Below, in pieces: positions 21,271 through 32,099 of a stretch of 64,000 bases of DNA (positions within the stretch are counted from its first letter, which is position 1; each line of letters starts with the position of its first letter). The position numbers and the translations under genes are program-made. The notes under the pieces were generated by a model. The model saw only the letters and a program-made list of their open reading frames with translations. It was not told the origin of the DNA and searched no databases. Source of the stretch: Sphingobacteriales bacterium JAD_PAG50586_3 (lineage in GTDB: Bacteria; Bacteroidota; Bacteroidia; CAMBQF01); assembly GCA_023213195.1 (NCBI GenBank), contig CP096135.1, positions 404,923 to 468,922 of the forward strand. Direction: 5' to 3'.

Positions 21271-22134
21271 TTAATTTTTTTTATTTATTAATTTATCAAT
21301 GTACTTTTCAATCTCCTCGTTTTCAGAGGGGTTCTCTTTATTCCTTTTAATATACTCACGGTAGTATTTTACCGCTTCGGTTGGTTTGTTTTGCCCCTCC
21401 ATGGCACCGGCCATATACCAGTAACCATCTTTATAGGCGGGGTCTAACGCTATAACCGTCCTAAATCGTTTTTCAGCCTTGCTGTACTGGGTGCTTTTAA
21501 GCGAAAACATCCCTAAGTTCAACTGTGCCTCTATATTAGTAGAGTCTTCTTTAACCAAATCTAACAGCACTTTAATGCCTGTTGTCATTGGGTCTGGGTT
21601 ACTCTCTACCTGGCATACGGCTAACCTGGTGCGCACTACAACATCGTTGGGGTTCAACTTTAAGGCATTTTGGTATGCCTGTGCTGCCTGCTGGAAAACC
21701 GTTGCCTTATCATCGGGTTTATCTGGTGGAACAAACGATGTAAGGGCAAAAAAACGGTTGCCCGTTTCAAACCAGGCTGCAAAAGTATTTAAAATATCTG
21801 ATTTTTCAAAACTATAGTGTGCCGCAATAAAGGGGCGCATTAGCTTATCCCATTGATTGATAAGGGAATCGAGCGCTATAACTTTATCTTTTGGAGATGC
21901 CGCAGAGGATAATTGTTTCTCAAAAAGGTCTACTTTTTGGGTTTTTTCAGGGCCAAGTTCTTTCTTAACCTCCTCTACCTGAGCATGAAAATCGGCATGG
22001 TCATCGCCCTGTTGCTGGGCCTGGCCTTCGGCTTTATTTTTAACACCGGGGTAACCGCGGGGTGCAAAATAGAGCAGCACCGCTAAACCAGAAAATGCAA
22101 TTGCAACAATTATTTGTTTTAGCGGTACTCTCAA
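21271..22134 (-). CDS. Membrane-anchored tetratricopeptide repeat protein
   Basis: N-terminal TM helix, TPR patterns (AQAYQNALKLNPND, AQLNLG, AEKRFRTVIALDP). Confidence 0.8.
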   Translation of the reverse strand: MRVPLKQIIVAIAFSGLAVLLYFAPRGYPGVKNKAEGQAQQQGDDHADFHAQVEEVKKELGPEKTQKVDLFEKQLSSAASPKDKVIALDSLINQWDKLMRPFIAAHYSFEKSDILNTFAAWFETGNRFFALTSFVPPDKPDDKATVFQQAAQAYQNALKLNPNDVVVRTRLAVCQVESNPDPMTTGIKVLLDLVKEDSTNIEAQLNLGMFSLKSTQYSKAEKRFRTVIALDPAYKDGYWYMAGAMEGQNKPTEAVKYYREYIKRNKENPSENEEIEKYIDKLINKKN

Positions 22135-22147
22135 AATAATACTTAAA

Positions 22148-22438
22148 TTACTTGCCTTTAACGTTCTTTTTTACCTTTTCGGCAAAAGTTTTCGCGGGTT
22201 TAAAGGCGGGGATGTAGTGTTCAGGAATTACAATAGTTTTGTTCTTTGTAATGTTCCTGCCTTTCTTCTCAGCCCTTTTCTTTACGATGAAACTTCCGAA
22301 GCCGCGAAGGTACACATTTTGTCCCGCAGTTAAAGAATTTTTTACCGATTTCATTAAAGCTTCTACCGTTGCTTGAACGGCAACTTTTTCTACACCGGTT
22401 TTTTCTGCTATTTCGGTAACTAAATCAGCTTTTGTCAT
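22148..22438 (-). CDS. hup: HU family DNA-binding protein
   Basis: MTKADLV, LRGFGSF, GRNITKN, PAFKPAK. Confidence 0.93.
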   Translation of the reverse strand: MTKADLVTEIAEKTGVEKVAVQATVEALMKSVKNSLTAGQNVYLRGFGSFIVKKRAEKKGRNITKNKTIVIPEHYIPAFKPAKTFAEKVKKNVKGK

Positions 22439-22529
22439 AATAGTAGTTTTAAAAATATAATATGATCCTTACTTTACTTTTGCAAACATAAATTAATTAG
22501 ATTAAACAACAAAAATAATATTTAACCTT

Positions 22530-23214
22530 ATGGCTCAACAACTTAGCCTTTTAATTAAAAAATTACAGCCAAAAAAGCCCCTTAAATTAGCGCTTTTTTT
22601 ACTTAGTGGTTTTCTTTTTATCATATTGGCTATTTATGCAAGTAACCAATATGTTGTAAACAGCAGCAAATTGTATTTGTTCAACTCAGTAAAAGAAATA
22701 CCCCAAAATAATGTGGGGCTAGTACTCGGAACATCAAGCGGTTTGCGCAATGGCATGCCCAATTTGTACTTTACCTACCGCATAAATGCCGCTGCCGACC
22801 TTTTTATGGCCGGAAAGGTTAAACACCTGATAGTTAGTGGCGATAACCACATAAAAAATTACAACGAGCCCGAAGAAATGCGCCTTAGCCCTTATTGCTG
22901 AGGGTGTGCCCGATAGTTGTATAACTATGGATTTTGCCGGTTTCCGCACACTGGATTCTGTAGTGCGCTGCCAAAAGGTGTTTGGGCAAAGCCGGTTTAC
23001 CGTTATATCGCAACAATTCCACAACCAACGGGCGGTGTTCCTTGCCCGCCAAAAGGGATTAAACGCCATTGGCTACAACGCTAAAGATGTACACACCAGC
23101 CTAACGCTGCGCACAAGGGTTAGAGAGCCGCTGGCGCGCTTAAAAGCTGTTATAGATATTGTATTTAACAAGCAGCCTAAGTTTTTAGGCGAACCGGTGC
23201 AAATAAAAATTTAG
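22530..23214 (+). CDS. sanA: SanA/ElyC (DUF218) family protein, frameshift near 22885
   Basis: GLVLGTS, YRINAAADL, VSGDN, DFAGFRTLDSV, SQQFHNQRA, REPLAR. Confidence 0.85.
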
Positions 23215-23248
23215 TGGTTGAGTGGTGAATGGTTAAGTTGAAAGTAAC

Positions 23249-23303
23249 AGATAAAGAGATAAAGAGATAAAGAGATAAAGAGATAAAGAGATAAAGAGAT
23301 AAA
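23249..23303 (+). repeat. Perfect 8-bp tandem repeat (AGATAAAG) x6.9
   Basis: Counted directly. Confidence 0.95.
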
Positions 23304-23337
23304 AAAATCCCACAGGCAATAAAGCCGTGGGGGATTT
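23304..23337. terminator. Bidirectional terminator
   Basis: AAAATCCCAC(A)GGC/GCCGTGGGGATTTT between convergent sanA and the fibre gene. Confidence 0.7.
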
Positions 23338-23365
23338 TAAGGAAATAGTTTTTAAAATACTCTGC

Positions 23366-26300
23366 TTACTTGCGGCCGGTTTGTTTCCATGGGCTTTGAG
23401 CAGGTTGCGTAGCCTTAGGTACTACTTTTTGCACAGGCGCAGTTGCAGGCTTAGTAGCAGGTGCTGTAGCCGGTTGGGTAGCCGGTGCGGTAGTTGCAGG
23501 CTTGGCAGCACTGCGTGGCTGTGTAGAGTTGGCGTTTTTACTTGCCACTTCTTTAGCCTTTTTAGCAGCTGCTCTGTTTGCATCATCAGCCAAGCTTTCA
23601 GCCTCTAGTTTATCAGCTTTAGCTTTGCGGTTAGCCATTTCAACTTTCTTGTTGTTGGCATTATCTGCAGCGTTGGCTTTTATAGTAGCACCATCGGGCA
23701 CTTTAGGTGCATTAGTTTTAGCATTTTCTATTATTTGGCTAATAGCAGTTTTGCCTGTAGCCGGGGTGGCGCTGCGTGGGCTTATTAAAGCGCTTTGACC
23801 TTTAGATTTTGGTTGACCGTAAACCTGAGGGTACAAATACGTTCCTTTAAGCGGAGCTGGTTTTTCTACTTCAGGCACTACACGGTTTGCATTGGCATAG
23901 GGGTCTTGACGTATGCCTGTAATTTGCCAGCTAACTTTTACGTTGGGCTTATCGGTTTGTATAACAAAGGTATTACCATCTAACTCTTTAGCAACAATGG
24001 CTTGGGCAAAAGTGCCCATAGCGGTAAGCTGGTAGCGGAAATCTTTGTTAAGTGTAGAGAAGTAATCGGGCATGGTAACTGTTGCAAAACCGTTAGCATC
24101 GGTTACAATGTTACCATTGTAAACGTTCATCATATCGGGGCTTTCAACAAAGCTGTGGTATAGGTATTTGTTTTCGGGATCTAGGGGATGGTCTATTTTA
24201 AATGTACCACCACCCTTGGCAAGGTTGCCCAATACATCAACATCGCCATCAAAGTAGCCTGCATAACCAAACACAGAATTTCCTGATCCGGAATACTCTC
24301 CATAAACACCAATAGTAGCCAGCGGCGACCCTGCTGCTTCGTCTGCAACGCCATAAACACCAAAGTTATCAGCATTAGCAACTGGAGAGTAGGCATAGCC
24401 CGCCGAACCAATAGCTGAAGTACCTCCGGAAGATTGATTAAAACTACCGTAAGTATTTATACCTAGCCCTGCAGCATTATCAACAGAGTTTAGAACAGCG
24501 GTTGATCCGCTAGGAAAGTTAGCATTAAATTGAGTAGTTACATTAGCATTAACAACAGTATTGTAGGTTGCTACGGGGCCGTTGGCATTAACAAAAATAC
24601 CGGCAGCATTTAACTCATTAAACCCGGGACCGCTAATCTCGCTATATACACCAATATTAGAGCTAAAATCAAAATCGGTAACTAAGTTGTTGTAAGTACC
24701 ATAAGATGTAGACGAATCGCCAGAGAATATTACATTGTTATCGCCATAAGTAACGTTGTTATTGCCGGCATTTGCAAGAAATATTTTGTTGCTTCCGTAG
24801 GTAACGTTATTACCGCCACCTAAAAATACGGTTGCCTCGTTTACTGCTATGCTATTACCTGATGTAGCAAAAATATTATTTCTATTACCTAATATAGTAC
24901 TGTTGTTATTAGTAAAGTAAACATTATCGGTACCCAATAAAGAGTTATTATCTCCGGTAGTAGACAATGCTGCACGGTTAGCAGTAATTGTGCTATTAAG
25001 CCCACTAAATAAACTAAAGTTATTACCATCTATAGTAGAATTGTCGCCTACAAAAATACTAGCGTCGTTTAGTTGCGCATCTGATGCGATACCGAAATCA
25101 ATAAACGTTGAAAAAGACCTTACAAGAGCACTATCAACAGCTCTAAACTCATTGTCTATACCGTATATTTGGTTGTTAGGGCTGCTATCAAACAACTCTA
25201 TATCGTTGAAGATGCCTTTAAATACAGAATTGTTTCCATCAATATCGTTATAAAAGCCCCAAACTTCAGAACTGTCGCCATTAATATCACCGTCTAAACC
25301 ATAAATTCGGTTTCCGTTATTGATATCAAAATCAAAGCCTTTTTGGCGGTCTTGATTATCACCAACAAACATAGCCAGGTCGAAACCAACAGCTGTTCCA
25401 CTGGCACCTCCGTTAGTAGATAATTCAATGCCTACTAAATCAGAATTATCTCCACCATTAACATTAACACCTATACCGTAGTAGTTATTATCTTTAAAGC
25501 TAGGGTTATCTACCCTTAAACCATAATAACCACCGGTAAACTCACCACCTATACCATAATAATCGCCGGTAAACGAAGTACCTTCAACAGCAATAATATC
25601 ACTGATAGTAGACGAGTCAGGGTCTAGCTGTGGCCCTGTGTAAACAAAAGAACCAATAGTGGGGATGTTACTGTTTAATGTAAAAGTTGTATCTGAAGTA
25701 GCCCTAAATATATAGTCGTTATTTTTATTACGATAGAACACTTCCATTTGCGATGCTGCGGGCTGAGCGTTAGTGCCTATGCCAAAATTGCCATTTACAC
25801 CCACACGGGCAGCTTCTGTGTTATTAGTGCGGAAAACCAAGTCTTCTCCATCTAAGGTACCAATAAAGTTTATAGAGTCGTTAGTGGCGGCATTGCCTGT
25901 GGTTAACCAACCGTTAGATACAGCAGCAACGGTGTCGGGTTGCCATGATGCAAAACCGTTAGCGTCTGATTTTAGAACATAACCAACAGCCTCGTTACCA
26001 TCGGTATAACGGAAAGAGCCGTTAACATCTAGCTTAGCTTGTGGTAGTTGATTGTTAATACCAACAAAGCCACTGTCTGGGGTTATTACCATCTCAAAAT
26101 TTGGATTTTGGTCAACCCCGGCATCAAAAACCAAAGTTTTAGGAACTAAACCAGAGAAACTGGCACGGCCAATAACCGCATCTAAGCCGGTACTATCGTT
26201 TATAAAGAAGAAGGCTGAGTATGAGGTATTAGTATCTGGCCTGTTTTGCAGCACAAATGTGTTTGCAACCCCACCTTGGAAATAACCGGTTGTAGAAAAC

Positions 26301-28903
26301 GCATTGGTATCAACCACACTTAGTTTAGCTAAAAATGGGTTGGTAGTGCCAATGCCAACATTACCGTTAGTAGAGTAGCGGGCAACTTCGTTATTGTTAG
26401 TACGAACAACAAAATCAATAGAGTCTGTAGTACCAATAAAATTAGTAGAAGCATCAGTACCGGCATTGCCTGTAGTTAGCCAAGAACCTGAAACAGTGCC
26501 TGCAGGTTGCCATGTAGCATTACCGTTAGCGTCTGATGTAAGTACATAGCCAGCTGCCTGGGTACCATCTTCTAAACGGAATGTACCATTTAAATGCAAT
26601 GTTGCCGTAGGGTTAGTAGTACCAATACCAACACCATTGCCATTGTCAAATATTTGAGAGTCGCCTAACGTTTGTCCATCAGGGGTAAACTTAGGAATGT
26701 AGTTAAGAGTGCCGTTTATATTAGCCGCACCGGTTGGGCCGGTAACGCCTGTAGCACCTGTTGAGCCTGTTACACCAACTCCAGTAGGACCTGTTGGGCC
26801 TGTTGCACCATCAAGACCGTTTAATCCATTTATACCGTTTGTACCGTTAGCTCCGGTTGGGCCGGTTTCGCCTGTTGCACCTGTAGCACCTGTTGCGCCA
26901 TCAAGACCGTTTATGCCGTTTGTGCCATTAGTGCCTGATGGGCCTGTTACACCAACTCCAGTAGGACCTGTTGGGCCTGTTGCGCCATCAAGGCCGTTTA
27001 TACCGTTTGTGCCGTTAGCACCTGTTGGGCCTACTGGGCCCTGTGCACCTACGCCTACTTTATGTCCGTTAAAATAACCCGAGAAAATAGTTAGGGTACT
27101 TAATGTTGTATTGTTAACCTCTACAGTTACAACATCGCCTGCTGTAAGTTGTACATCGGCCGATAAATCTAATGCCTGAAGAGCACCACCGCTGCTATAA
27201 TTGGTGGTACTTTGGTTTACCGTAACTCCGTTATTTTTCAAATAAGTAATCACTCCACCTACCCCACCGGTAAACGCATCAATTTCTACATCAAAGTGAT
27301 ACAATCCGGTTTCTGTGCAAGTAAATTCGCCTGTGCCATTATTAAATAGTGCGCCTTCTATATAAACAGTTGTTGGGAATAGTATAGTTGTAGTAGAATT
27401 TGAATTTACGGTAGAAATAGCTGCCGTAGCTTTAAAATCGGCGTTACTGCCTGCCGGGCCTGCAGGGCCTGTTGGGCCAGTTACGCCTACACCTGTAGGA
27501 CCGGTTACACCAACACCTGTTGGACCAGTTGCGCCTTGTAAACCAACACCTGTTGGGCCGGTTGGGCCGGTTTCGCCTGTTGCACCATCAACACCGTTTA
27601 TACCGTTAGCGCCTGATGGGCCTGTTGGGCCGGTTTCGCCTGTTGCACCTGTAGCACCTGTAGCGCCATCAAGACCGTTTATGCCGTTTGTGCCATTAGC
27701 GCCTGATGGTCCTGTTACACCAACTCCCGTAGGACCTGTTGGGCCTGTTGCGCCATCAAGGCCGTTTAATCCATTTATACCGTTTGTACCGTTAGCTCCG
27801 GTTGGGCCGGTTTCGCCTGTTGCACCTGTTGGGCCTGTTGCGCCATCAAGGCCGTTTAATCCATTTATACCGTTTGTACCGTTAGCTCCGGTTGGGCCGG
27901 TTTCGCCTGTTGCACCTGTTGGGCCTGTAGCACCATCAAGGCCGTTTGTACCGTTTGTGCCATTAGTGCCTGATGGGCCTGTTACACCAACTCCAGTAGG
28001 ACCTGTTGGGCCTGTTGCGCCATCAAGGCCGTTTAATCCATTTATACCGTTTGTACCATTAGCGCCTGTTGGACCTTGTGGGCCTTGAATACCCTGTAGA
28101 CCGGTTGCTCCGGTAGCACCTGTTGCTCCGTCAAGACCGTTTACACCATTAGCGCCCGTTGGGCCTTGTGGGCCTTGAATACCCTGTAGACCGGTTGCTC
28201 CGGTAGCACCTGTTACTCCGTTTATTCCGTTTGTGCCATTAGCTCCGGTTGGGCCTTGTAAGCCTTGTGGGCCTTGTGCACCTGTTGCGCCTGTAGCACC
28301 GTTCAATCCATTTGTACCGTTAGCTCCGGTTGGGCCTTGTAAGCCTTGAGGGCCTGTTAAACCCTGAACTCCTTGCGGGCCTGTTGGACCCTGGGTGCCT
28401 TGGGGACCTTGAATTCCCTGCGCACCTGTTGGGCCGGTTAAGCCGTTAGTACCGTTTGTTCCGGCAGGGCCGGTTATACCTTGTGGACCTGTTGGGCCTG
28501 CCGGGCTATTATTAGCATACAGCGCGTAGGGTACACTTATTAGTTCTGATACGCCAGCTACCGTATAGGTAGTGCCGCCCGTAGGGTCAATCTCGGTTCG
28601 GATGTATTTGCTGCCGCTGCCCCAGGCTATAGAAGCAAAATTGCCGCTTGTTACCGTACCATCGCCCACCTTTAGGTTGAATAAACCAAAGGGGTTGGTG
28701 GTTAAACTGTGGGTTTCCTGATACACAATGGTACCTCCGGGAGAGCCATCAACTATACTTAACCGAACGCCAATGGGTTGGTTAGGCAGTTCTGCTCCCG
28801 ATGGGTTACGGGCAATTGCCTGGTAATTAAATTTTTGCGGGGCTTGTGCGTTTGCGCTCAAAGCAAAGAACACAATACTGAATATCAGTATTAGTTTTTT
28901 CAT
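23366..28903 (-). CDS. 1845-aa collagen-like fibre protein (fibre 4)
   Basis: Signal peptide; NYQAIARN...SVPYALYA N-domain; two Gly-X-Y tracts around a C1q-like domain; GIGTTNP tail-fibre-like repeats; [14 protein letters not shown]-domain; Lys/Ala/Pro tail; no T9SS CTD. Confidence 0.85.
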   Translation of the reverse strand: MKKLILIFSIVFFALSANAQAPQKFNYQAIARNPSGAELPNQPIGVRLSIVDGSPGGTIVYQETHSLTTNPFGLFNLKVGDGTVTSGNFASIAWGSGSKYIRTEIDPTGGTTYTVAGVSELISVPYALYANNSPAGPTGPQGITGPAGTNGTNGLTGPTGAQGIQGPQGTQGPTGPQGVQGLTGPQGLQGPTGANGTNGLNGATGATGAQGPQGLQGPTGANGTNGINGVTGATGATGLQGIQGPQGPTGANGVNGLDGATGATGATGLQGIQGPQGPTGANGTNGINGLNGLDGATGPTGPTGVGVTGPSGTNGTNGTNGLDGATGPTGATGETGPTGANGTNGINGLNGLDGATGPTGATGETGPTGANGTNGINGLNGLDGATGPTGPTGVGVTGPSGANGTNGINGLDGATGATGATGETGPTGPSGANGINGVDGATGETGPTGPTGVGLQGATGPTGVGVTGPTGVGVTGPTGPAGPAGSNADFKATAAISTVNSNSTTTILFPTTVYIEGALFNNGTGEFTCTETGLYHFDVEIDAFTGGVGGVITYLKNNGVTVNQSTTNYSSGGALQALDLSADVQLTAGDVVTVEVNNTTLSTLTIFSGYFNGHKVGVGAQGPVGPTGANGTNGINGLDGATGPTGPTGVGVTGPSGTNGTNGINGLDGATGATGATGETGPTGANGTNGINGLNGLDGATGPTGPTGVGVTGSTGATGVTGPTGAANINGTLNYIPKFTPDGQTLGDSQIFDNGNGVGIGTTNPTATLHLNGTFRLEDGTQAAGYVLTSDANGNATWQPAGTVSGSWLTTGNAGTDASTNFIGTTDSIDFVVRTNNNEVARYSTNGNVGIGTTNPFLAKLSVVDTNAFSTTGYFQGGVANTFVLQNRPDTNTSYSAFFFINDSTGLDAVIGRASFSGLVPKTLVFDAGVDQNPNFEMVITPDSGFVGINNQLPQAKLDVNGSFRYTDGNEAVGYVLKSDANGFASWQPDTVAAVSNGWLTTGNAATNDSINFIGTLDGEDLVFRTNNTEAARVGVNGNFGIGTNAQPAASQMEVFYRNKNNDYIFRATSDTTFTLNSNIPTIGSFVYTGPQLDPDSSTISDIIAVEGTSFTGDYYGIGGEFTGGYYGLRVDNPSFKDNNYYGIGVNVNGGDNSDLVGIELSTNGGASGTAVGFDLAMFVGDNQDRQKGFDFDINNGNRIYGLDGDINGDSSEVWGFYNDIDGNNSVFKGIFNDIELFDSSPNNQIYGIDNEFRAVDSALVRSFSTFIDFGIASDAQLNDASIFVGDNSTIDGNNFSLFSGLNSTITANRAALSTTGDNNSLLGTDNVYFTNNNSTILGNRNNIFATSGNSIAVNEATVFLGGGNNVTYGSNKIFLANAGNNNVTYGDNNVIFSGDSSTSYGTYNNLVTDFDFSSNIGVYSEISGPGFNELNAAGIFVNANGPVATYNTVVNANVTTQFNANFPSGSTAVLNSVDNAAGLGINTYGSFNQSSGGTSAIGSAGYAYSPVANADNFGVYGVADEAAGSPLATIGVYGEYSGSGNSVFGYAGYFDGDVDVLGNLAKGGGTFKIDHPLDPENKYLYHSFVESPDMMNVYNGNIVTDANGFATVTMPDYFSTLNKDFRYQLTAMGTFAQAIVAKELDGNTFVIQTDKPNVKVSWQITGIRQDPYANANRVVPEVEKPAPLKGTYLYPQVYGQPKSKGQSALISPRSATPATGKTAISQIIENAKTNAPKVPDGATIKANAADNANNKKVEMANRKAKADKLEAESLADDANRAAAKKAKEVASKNANSTQPRSAAKPATTAPATQPATAPATKPATAPVQKVVPKATQPAQSPWKQTGRK

Positions 28904-28994
28904 TGGTTAGATGGTATTAAATCTATTTACCAACGAAAATAAATACTGTTTTTATATAACAATATTAACTAAAGTTAATTTATGCCCAATGTTA

Positions 28995-30362
28995 TTAACA
29001 GTCTCTTTTTAAAAGCTTTAGATACACATTTTGCTTGGGGCGCAAGGTAATAAGGGGGTCTAGATCTATAGGGGTATTGTCTTTTAATTGAAAAGTATAC
29101 CGCTGTATTACAGATGCTAACACCACCTGCATTTCCATTAATGCAAAATTATTGCCAATACAAAGCCTTGGTCCACCACCAAATGGAAAATAGGTAAATT
29201 TTTTCTGCTCTTTAACCTTTTCAGCACTAAAGCGTTCGGGGTCAAAAGTAAGCGGGTCTTTCCAGTACTTAGGGCTGCGGTGTATACACAGGGTAGGTAT
29301 AAGGCAGTTGGTGCCTGCGGGTATGGCGTAGCCGCCAATTTCATCGTCGGCTATGTTTTTGCGGCCTACAATCCATGCCGGTGGGTACAGGCGCATAGTT
29401 TCATCAATTACCATGCGGGTGTAGGTAAGGCTGCGCAGGTTTTCAAAACTTACGGGCTTGCCCTGCAACACAGTATCAATTTCTTCTTGTAACTTCTTTT
29501 CTACCCCGGGGTTTTGCGCCAGCACATAAAAAGCCCAGGTAAGGGCATTGGCAGTAGTTTCGTGCCCGGCAATAAAAATGGTCATAACCTCATCGCGCAG
29601 CTGGCGGGTGCTCATACCCTCGCCGGTATCTTCGTCGCGGGCATCCATCAGCATAGATAAAAGGTCGTCGTATTGTTTGCCTTCAGCACGTCGGTTTTCA
29701 ATAATACCGGTAATAACATCATCCAACACCTTAACCGCTTTGTTTTGCTTTAGGTTAGATGGGGTTGGAATCCACATGGGCAGTTTAAACGGGTTGCGTA
29801 TGCGCTCGGCACCCTCTTCAATAGCCACAGTAACCCACGCGCTTATCTTGTCTATCTCATCTTCAACATTAGATATAAAAAGCGATTTAGACACAATATC
29901 CAGCGCAATGCGGTTCATCTCTGCCGATACGTTTAGCTCAATACCTTCCAGTTTTTGCCAACGCAACAGCATTTGGCCTGTGCTGGTTATCATAGTATCT
30001 ACAATAGCGGCCAATTTTTCTTTGTGGAAGCCGGGCTGGGCCATTCGGCGCTGCTTGCGCCAAAAATCGCCTTCAGATGTTAAAAGACCGTTGCCTAATA
30101 GTAGTTTAAGAGGATCGTAGCCAAAGCTTTTTACATAGTTGCGGTTGTTCTCTTGCAGCACGTAGCGCACATACTCAGGGTCGTTTAGCACGCATATTTT
30201 GCGTATGGGTGATTTTACCCAGTAAATGGGCCCCATGGTATTGTAATTCTCAAAAAGGAAATCGAGTGGCCCGTTGGCCATGTAGTAGGCATTCTTAAAA
30301 ATAAAATGCTCCTTCTGTGGCGATGGTGGCAGGGCTTTCGCTTTTACAGCTTCGGCATCCAT
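28995..30362 (-). CDS. Cytochrome P450
   Basis: AGHETT (I helix), ETMR (ExxR), PERF, FGGGPRLCIG heme Cys. Confidence 0.95.
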   Translation of the reverse strand: MDAEAVKAKALPPSPQKEHFIFKNAYYMANGPLDFLFENYNTMGPIYWVKSPIRKICVLNDPEYVRYVLQENNRNYVKSFGYDPLKLLLGNGLLTSEGDFWRKQRRMAQPGFHKEKLAAIVDTMITSTGQMLLRWQKLEGIELNVSAEMNRIALDIVSKSLFISNVEDEIDKISAWVTVAIEEGAERIRNPFKLPMWIPTPSNLKQNKAVKVLDDVITGIIENRRAEGKQYDDLLSMLMDARDEDTGEGMSTRQLRDEVMTIFIAGHETTANALTWAFYVLAQNPGVEKKLQEEIDTVLQGKPVSFENLRSLTYTRMVIDETMRLYPPAWIVGRKNIADDEIGGYAIPAGTNCLIPTLCIHRSPKYWKDPLTFDPERFSAEKVKEQKKFTYFPFGGGPRLCIGNNFALMEMQVVLASVIQRYTFQLKDNTPIDLDPLITLRPKQNVYLKLLKRDC

Positions 30363-30425
30363 TAGTTACTGTTTTGGACAAAGTTAGGTAATTTTAATTG
30401 CCATTTTATTTAAAATCAACCAACT

Positions 30426-31201
30426 CTATTCCTTCATTTTAAAACCAATGCCCAGGCGGCGCATAAACTCTAAGGCCACTGTTGTTTGCAGGCACACCCT
30501 AAAGGGCAAATCGTAGCCGCGCCAGGTTTCTACCGTGTACGATTTTGTGTTGAGCCTGTAGTACATATTATCTAACGAACCAGCCGCCATAAAGGGGAAC
30601 AGGTGCAGCATAAACTGCTCTTCAGGGTTGCTATAGTAGCGGTTAATCTCGTTTTGCACGTCTAATAACAAGTTGCTTTTGGTATCGCCCACATAAATAA
30701 GGGTATTGCCAAAGGCTTTATCGTTTTTGTTTTTGGGTGTCATGGTGCGGGTGTGGGAGCGGGCCTCGTGCAGGTTAATAACCAAATCGGGCTTTAGCGA
30801 GTCTATCAACTCCATAAACAGGTACGATAGCGTATACTCATAATCTACCCAACAGGTATCGCCGGGAAAGGTGCGGTTAAGGTCTTTGTTTAAAAACCTT
30901 ACCGTATCATGACAAGCAGGTAGGTTTACCCGCGGAATAACATAGAGCGTACCCTTTTGCACACTAATGTTATCTACAATACTATCGCAGGCCAGTTGGG
31001 CGGCTACCTCATCGCCATGTATACCACCATCAAGCACCATAACAGGGCCTTTTTGCTGGCCGTAAAACACATATACAGGGGTGTAAATGGTATCGTTCCC
31101 TAAATAGAAAATAGTATCAGGGGGCATGGCGGTACCCCTAAAACGGAATATGCACAGCCAAAAGCCATGCATATTACCAATAGTATTTTATGTTTTATCA
31201 A
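30426..31201 (-). CDS. Succinylglutamate desuccinylase/aspartoacylase (M14-like) family protein; probable frameshift in signal peptide near 31142
   Basis: GGIHGDE, DLNRTFPG, NLHE, TVET; upstream frame gives LIKHKILLVICMAFGCAYSV from TTG 31201. Confidence 0.75.
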
Positions 31202-31202
31202 A

Positions 31203-32068
31203 CTAAATTGATAGTACGCTACCACTAATGGTAGTGTCTTCTTTGGGGTTAACGCACATAACAGGTATCTGGGCATCGTTAGAAACTATACGTTGGTCAT
31301 CAGGTCCTAACACATACGATGCCAAATCGTCTCGGCCTACCTGTGTCATAATAACAATAAGGTCGGCATTTTTGCTAGATGCAAAGCGTATAACCTGGCG
31401 GGCATAGTCGCCACCTTCATCATCGTGCGTTACGGTGTATTCAACGTTGTTTTTCTTAAAAAGCTTTCGGCAAAGGCCAAGTTGTTGCTTACATGCTTAG
31501 CAAGGAACTCGTCTTTTTCTTCTTTAACAAACAGGTGGAATGTAGCGCCAAAGTTTTTACCTAAGTAAACTGCCCAAGGTAGCTTTGCTTTGGTTTCTGC
31601 TGTAAGGTCTAACGGAAGTACAATGTTTTTAAAGCCCTGCGCCGGTAGCGGTTTTTGCTGCACCACTACAAACGGTGCGCTAGAGCTGGTAATAACACGT
31701 ATAGCACGGCTGCCGGTAATAAACTGCAGGCCTTTAACACCGTGTGTGCCCATTACCACTAAGTTGGTATCAAGCTCGTCGGCGGTTTCGCCAATCATTT
31801 CAAAAATGCTGCCACGCTTAATTAGGGCTGTAGCTTTGGCGCCTTTGGCAGTAATACCCGCGGCAATAGCATTAAGTTTTTCTAAAGATTCCTGCTCATC
31901 TTTCTCTACGCTGCTTTTAGACTCTAACAAACCTGCCTCTACAATGTGCAGCAGGTAAATCTCGTTATGAAACAGTTTGGCAAGTTCAATTGCATAGTTT
32001 ACGGCACTATCAGCAACGGCTGAAAAGTCGTGGGGCACTAAAATGATACTTCTTTTTTTATCGCTCAT
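31203..32068 (-). CDS. Universal stress protein (tandem Usp domains), frameshift near 31455
   Basis: ILVPHDFS, LVVMGTHG, IVLPLDL; corrected C-terminus ...ADLIVIMT...NDAQIPVMCVNP. Confidence 0.88.
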
Positions 32069-32099
32069 GGTTTTTTCAAAAAGGTTTGGCAAATCTATG

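Noticed and set aside
26709-28088. Plus-strand Pro/Val-rich ORFs over collagen tracts (also 56014-56526, 57211-59343, 61689-62366)
   Set aside because: Antisense or alternate-frame shadows of Gly-X-Y codon repeats.
23366-28903. Prophage or tailocin origin of the tail-fibre-like genes
   Set aside because: All fibres have Sec signal peptides, and no capsid, terminase, tail tube, baseplate or integrase genes are present.
28995-31201. Biosynthetic gene cluster around the P450 and M14-like hydrolase
   Set aside because: No synthase, precursor peptide, transporter or redox partner adjacent.
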